A stretch of DNA of 52,928 bases from a virus (Duplodnaviria; Caudoviricetes), in IMG/VR virus record IMGVR_UViG_3300037509_000106, positions 1 to 52,928 of that record; one strand, given 5' to 3'. The position numbers and the translations under genes were made by a program. A model generated the notes under the pieces. The model had not been told where the DNA came from. It searched no databases and saw only the letters and a program-made list of their open reading frames with translations. Position 1 is the first letter of the stretch. Each line of letters starts with the position of its first letter. Of this stretch, positions 51,836 to 52,928 are shown piece after piece.

Positions 51836-52928
51836 GACCCCGCCGAAGGCGAACCTGCGCGAAGGGCGCAAATCGAACCCGTACGAGGCGAAGGGCATCG
51901 ACCCCGCCACGGGGAAGCGCAAGAGTTACTACGGGCCGACCGCCGAAGCCGCATCGAAAGCCGCCTGGGACTCCTACGGCGTCGACGGGCCCGACCAGGA
52001 CACGCTCTACGGCTACTACGCCACGGTCTACCTGCCGTCGATCGTGCTCCGCTCCGCCAACTGGCAGTCCCAGGTGGGGTGGGCGATGGACAAGTACGTA
52101 CTGCCCGTCTTCAAGGACCGCCCCCTCGACCAGATCAGCCGCGTCGACCTCCAGCGGTTCTTCAACCGCCTGCCGGGCGTGCCGCTCGCCGAAAGTAGCA
52201 TCGCCAAAATCAAGATCGTTCTGTCGGGAGTGCTCAACCTCGCCGTGCGCGACGGCATCATTCCCAGCAACCCCTGCGAGTTCGTCCGGATCGCCGCCGT
52301 GCCGGAGCCCGAGAAGCGAGCGCTGACGTTCGAGGAGGTGGCCACGCTGATCGACTCCGCGCCGAAGAACCTAAAACCGTTCGTAATCCTCACCGCGTTC
52401 GGCCTGCGCATCGGCGAAGCGTGCGGCGCCACGCGCCACGGCACCAAGGACCGGGTGCTGAGGGTGCGCCAGCAGGTGCTCCAGCCAAAGGGCGGGGCCC
52501 AGCTCTCGCCCAAGCTCAAGACGCCCCAGAGCAAGCGCGACCTGCCGCTCCCGTCCCGCGTGTGGGACGAGATCCTTGGGTGCGGCCAGGTCAGCGGCGT
52601 CTTCCTCTGCTCCGATGCCAAGGGCGGCTACATGCTGCCGTCGAACGCCTACGACGACTTCAAGGACCTGGTGACCGCGGTAGGGCTAGAACCCCTGTCT
52701 CCGCACGAGATGCGGCACACGTTCATTTCTCTTCTGGAATTGGAGCTGGAATGCCCCGGGCCGATCGTGGACGAGCTCGCCGGCCGCAAGCGTTCCGACT
52801 ACCGGCACGCGAGCCAAGAGCAGAAAACGCGGTGGCTCGACACGTTTTGGAAGCAGATCGAGGCGGCGCGAGTGGCCCGAAAAACGAGCGGGGAAGGGCT
52901 CGGCCTGGATCAGGCGTCTACCGGCTGA
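51822..52928 (+). CDS. int: Tyrosine integrase
   Basis: Arm-type N-terminus (GKRKSYYG), GLRIGE, KT, HEMRHT, terminal DYRH. Confidence 0.93.
   Translation: MGRPKTPPKANLREGRKSNPYEAKGIDPATGKRKSYYGPTAEAASKAAWDSYGVDGPDQDTLYGYYATVYLPSIVLRSANWQSQVGWAMDKYVLPVFKDRPLDQISRVDLQRFFNRLPGVPLAESSIAKIKIVLSGVLNLAVRDGIIPSNPCEFVRIAAVPEPEKRALTFEEVATLIDSAPKNLKPFVILTAFGLRIGEACGATRHGTKDRVLRVRQQVLQPKGGAQLSPKLKTPQSKRDLPLPSRVWDEILGCGQVSGVFLCSDAKGGYMLPSNAYDDFKDLVTAVGLEPLSPHEMRHTFISLLELELECPGPIVDELAGRKRSDYRHASQEQKTRWLDTFWKQIEAARVARKTSGEGLGLDQASTG

Larger units (their letters stand above)
1..52928. mobile_element. Temperate phage / prophage (siphovirus-type tail, lambda-like organisation), near complete
   Basis: Contains terminase, portal, protease-capsid, tail tube, chaperone, tape measure, lysis, replication, cro/cI, RecT-YqaJ, xis and int genes in canonical order. 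att sites are not visible, and whether 1-3400 belongs to the phage is uncertain. Confidence 0.93.

Noticed and set aside
1-52928. att sites, tRNA genes, rRNA, known ribozymes and host taxonomy
   Set aside because: None could be recognised by eye; the window is clipped at gene ends, and host assignment needs database searches.

Overview
The window is an apparently near-complete, GC-rich temperate phage (prophage) of about 53 kb with lambda-like gene order. It runs from the stop codon of an accessory gene to the stop codon of a tyrosine integrase, so the att sites lie outside it. Left to right: (1) exported cargo genes (Cys-rich protein, thermonuclease plus a paralogous metal-binding-domain protein, beta-propeller-like protein); (2) a minus-strand siphovirus-type late operon (tailspike, tail proteins interrupted by morons including higBA, short tape measure, tail chaperone with a -1 frameshift, tail tube, neck genes, head polyprotein, portal, split large terminase, small terminase, lysis cassette); (3) a minus-strand middle operon (replication initiator, nuclease, three DNA methyltransferases, mini-PolX, ThyX); (4) a cro/cI switch; (5) a plus-strand early operon (SMC-like ATPase, YqaJ, RecT, Cas4-like nuclease, HerA-like ATPase, xis, int). 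The most unusual feature is a 1173-aa head polyprotein: ParB-like domain + T4 gp21-type protease + scaffold + capsid, with a recurrent small-small-Asp-small motif at its domain junctions that looks like a maturation-cleavage code. Also notable are a 27-aa ORF consisting only of a methyltransferase SAM-binding motif, leaderless promoters on standalone genes, and several candidate structured RNA elements. All product calls come from motif recognition and gene order by eye; no searches were run.
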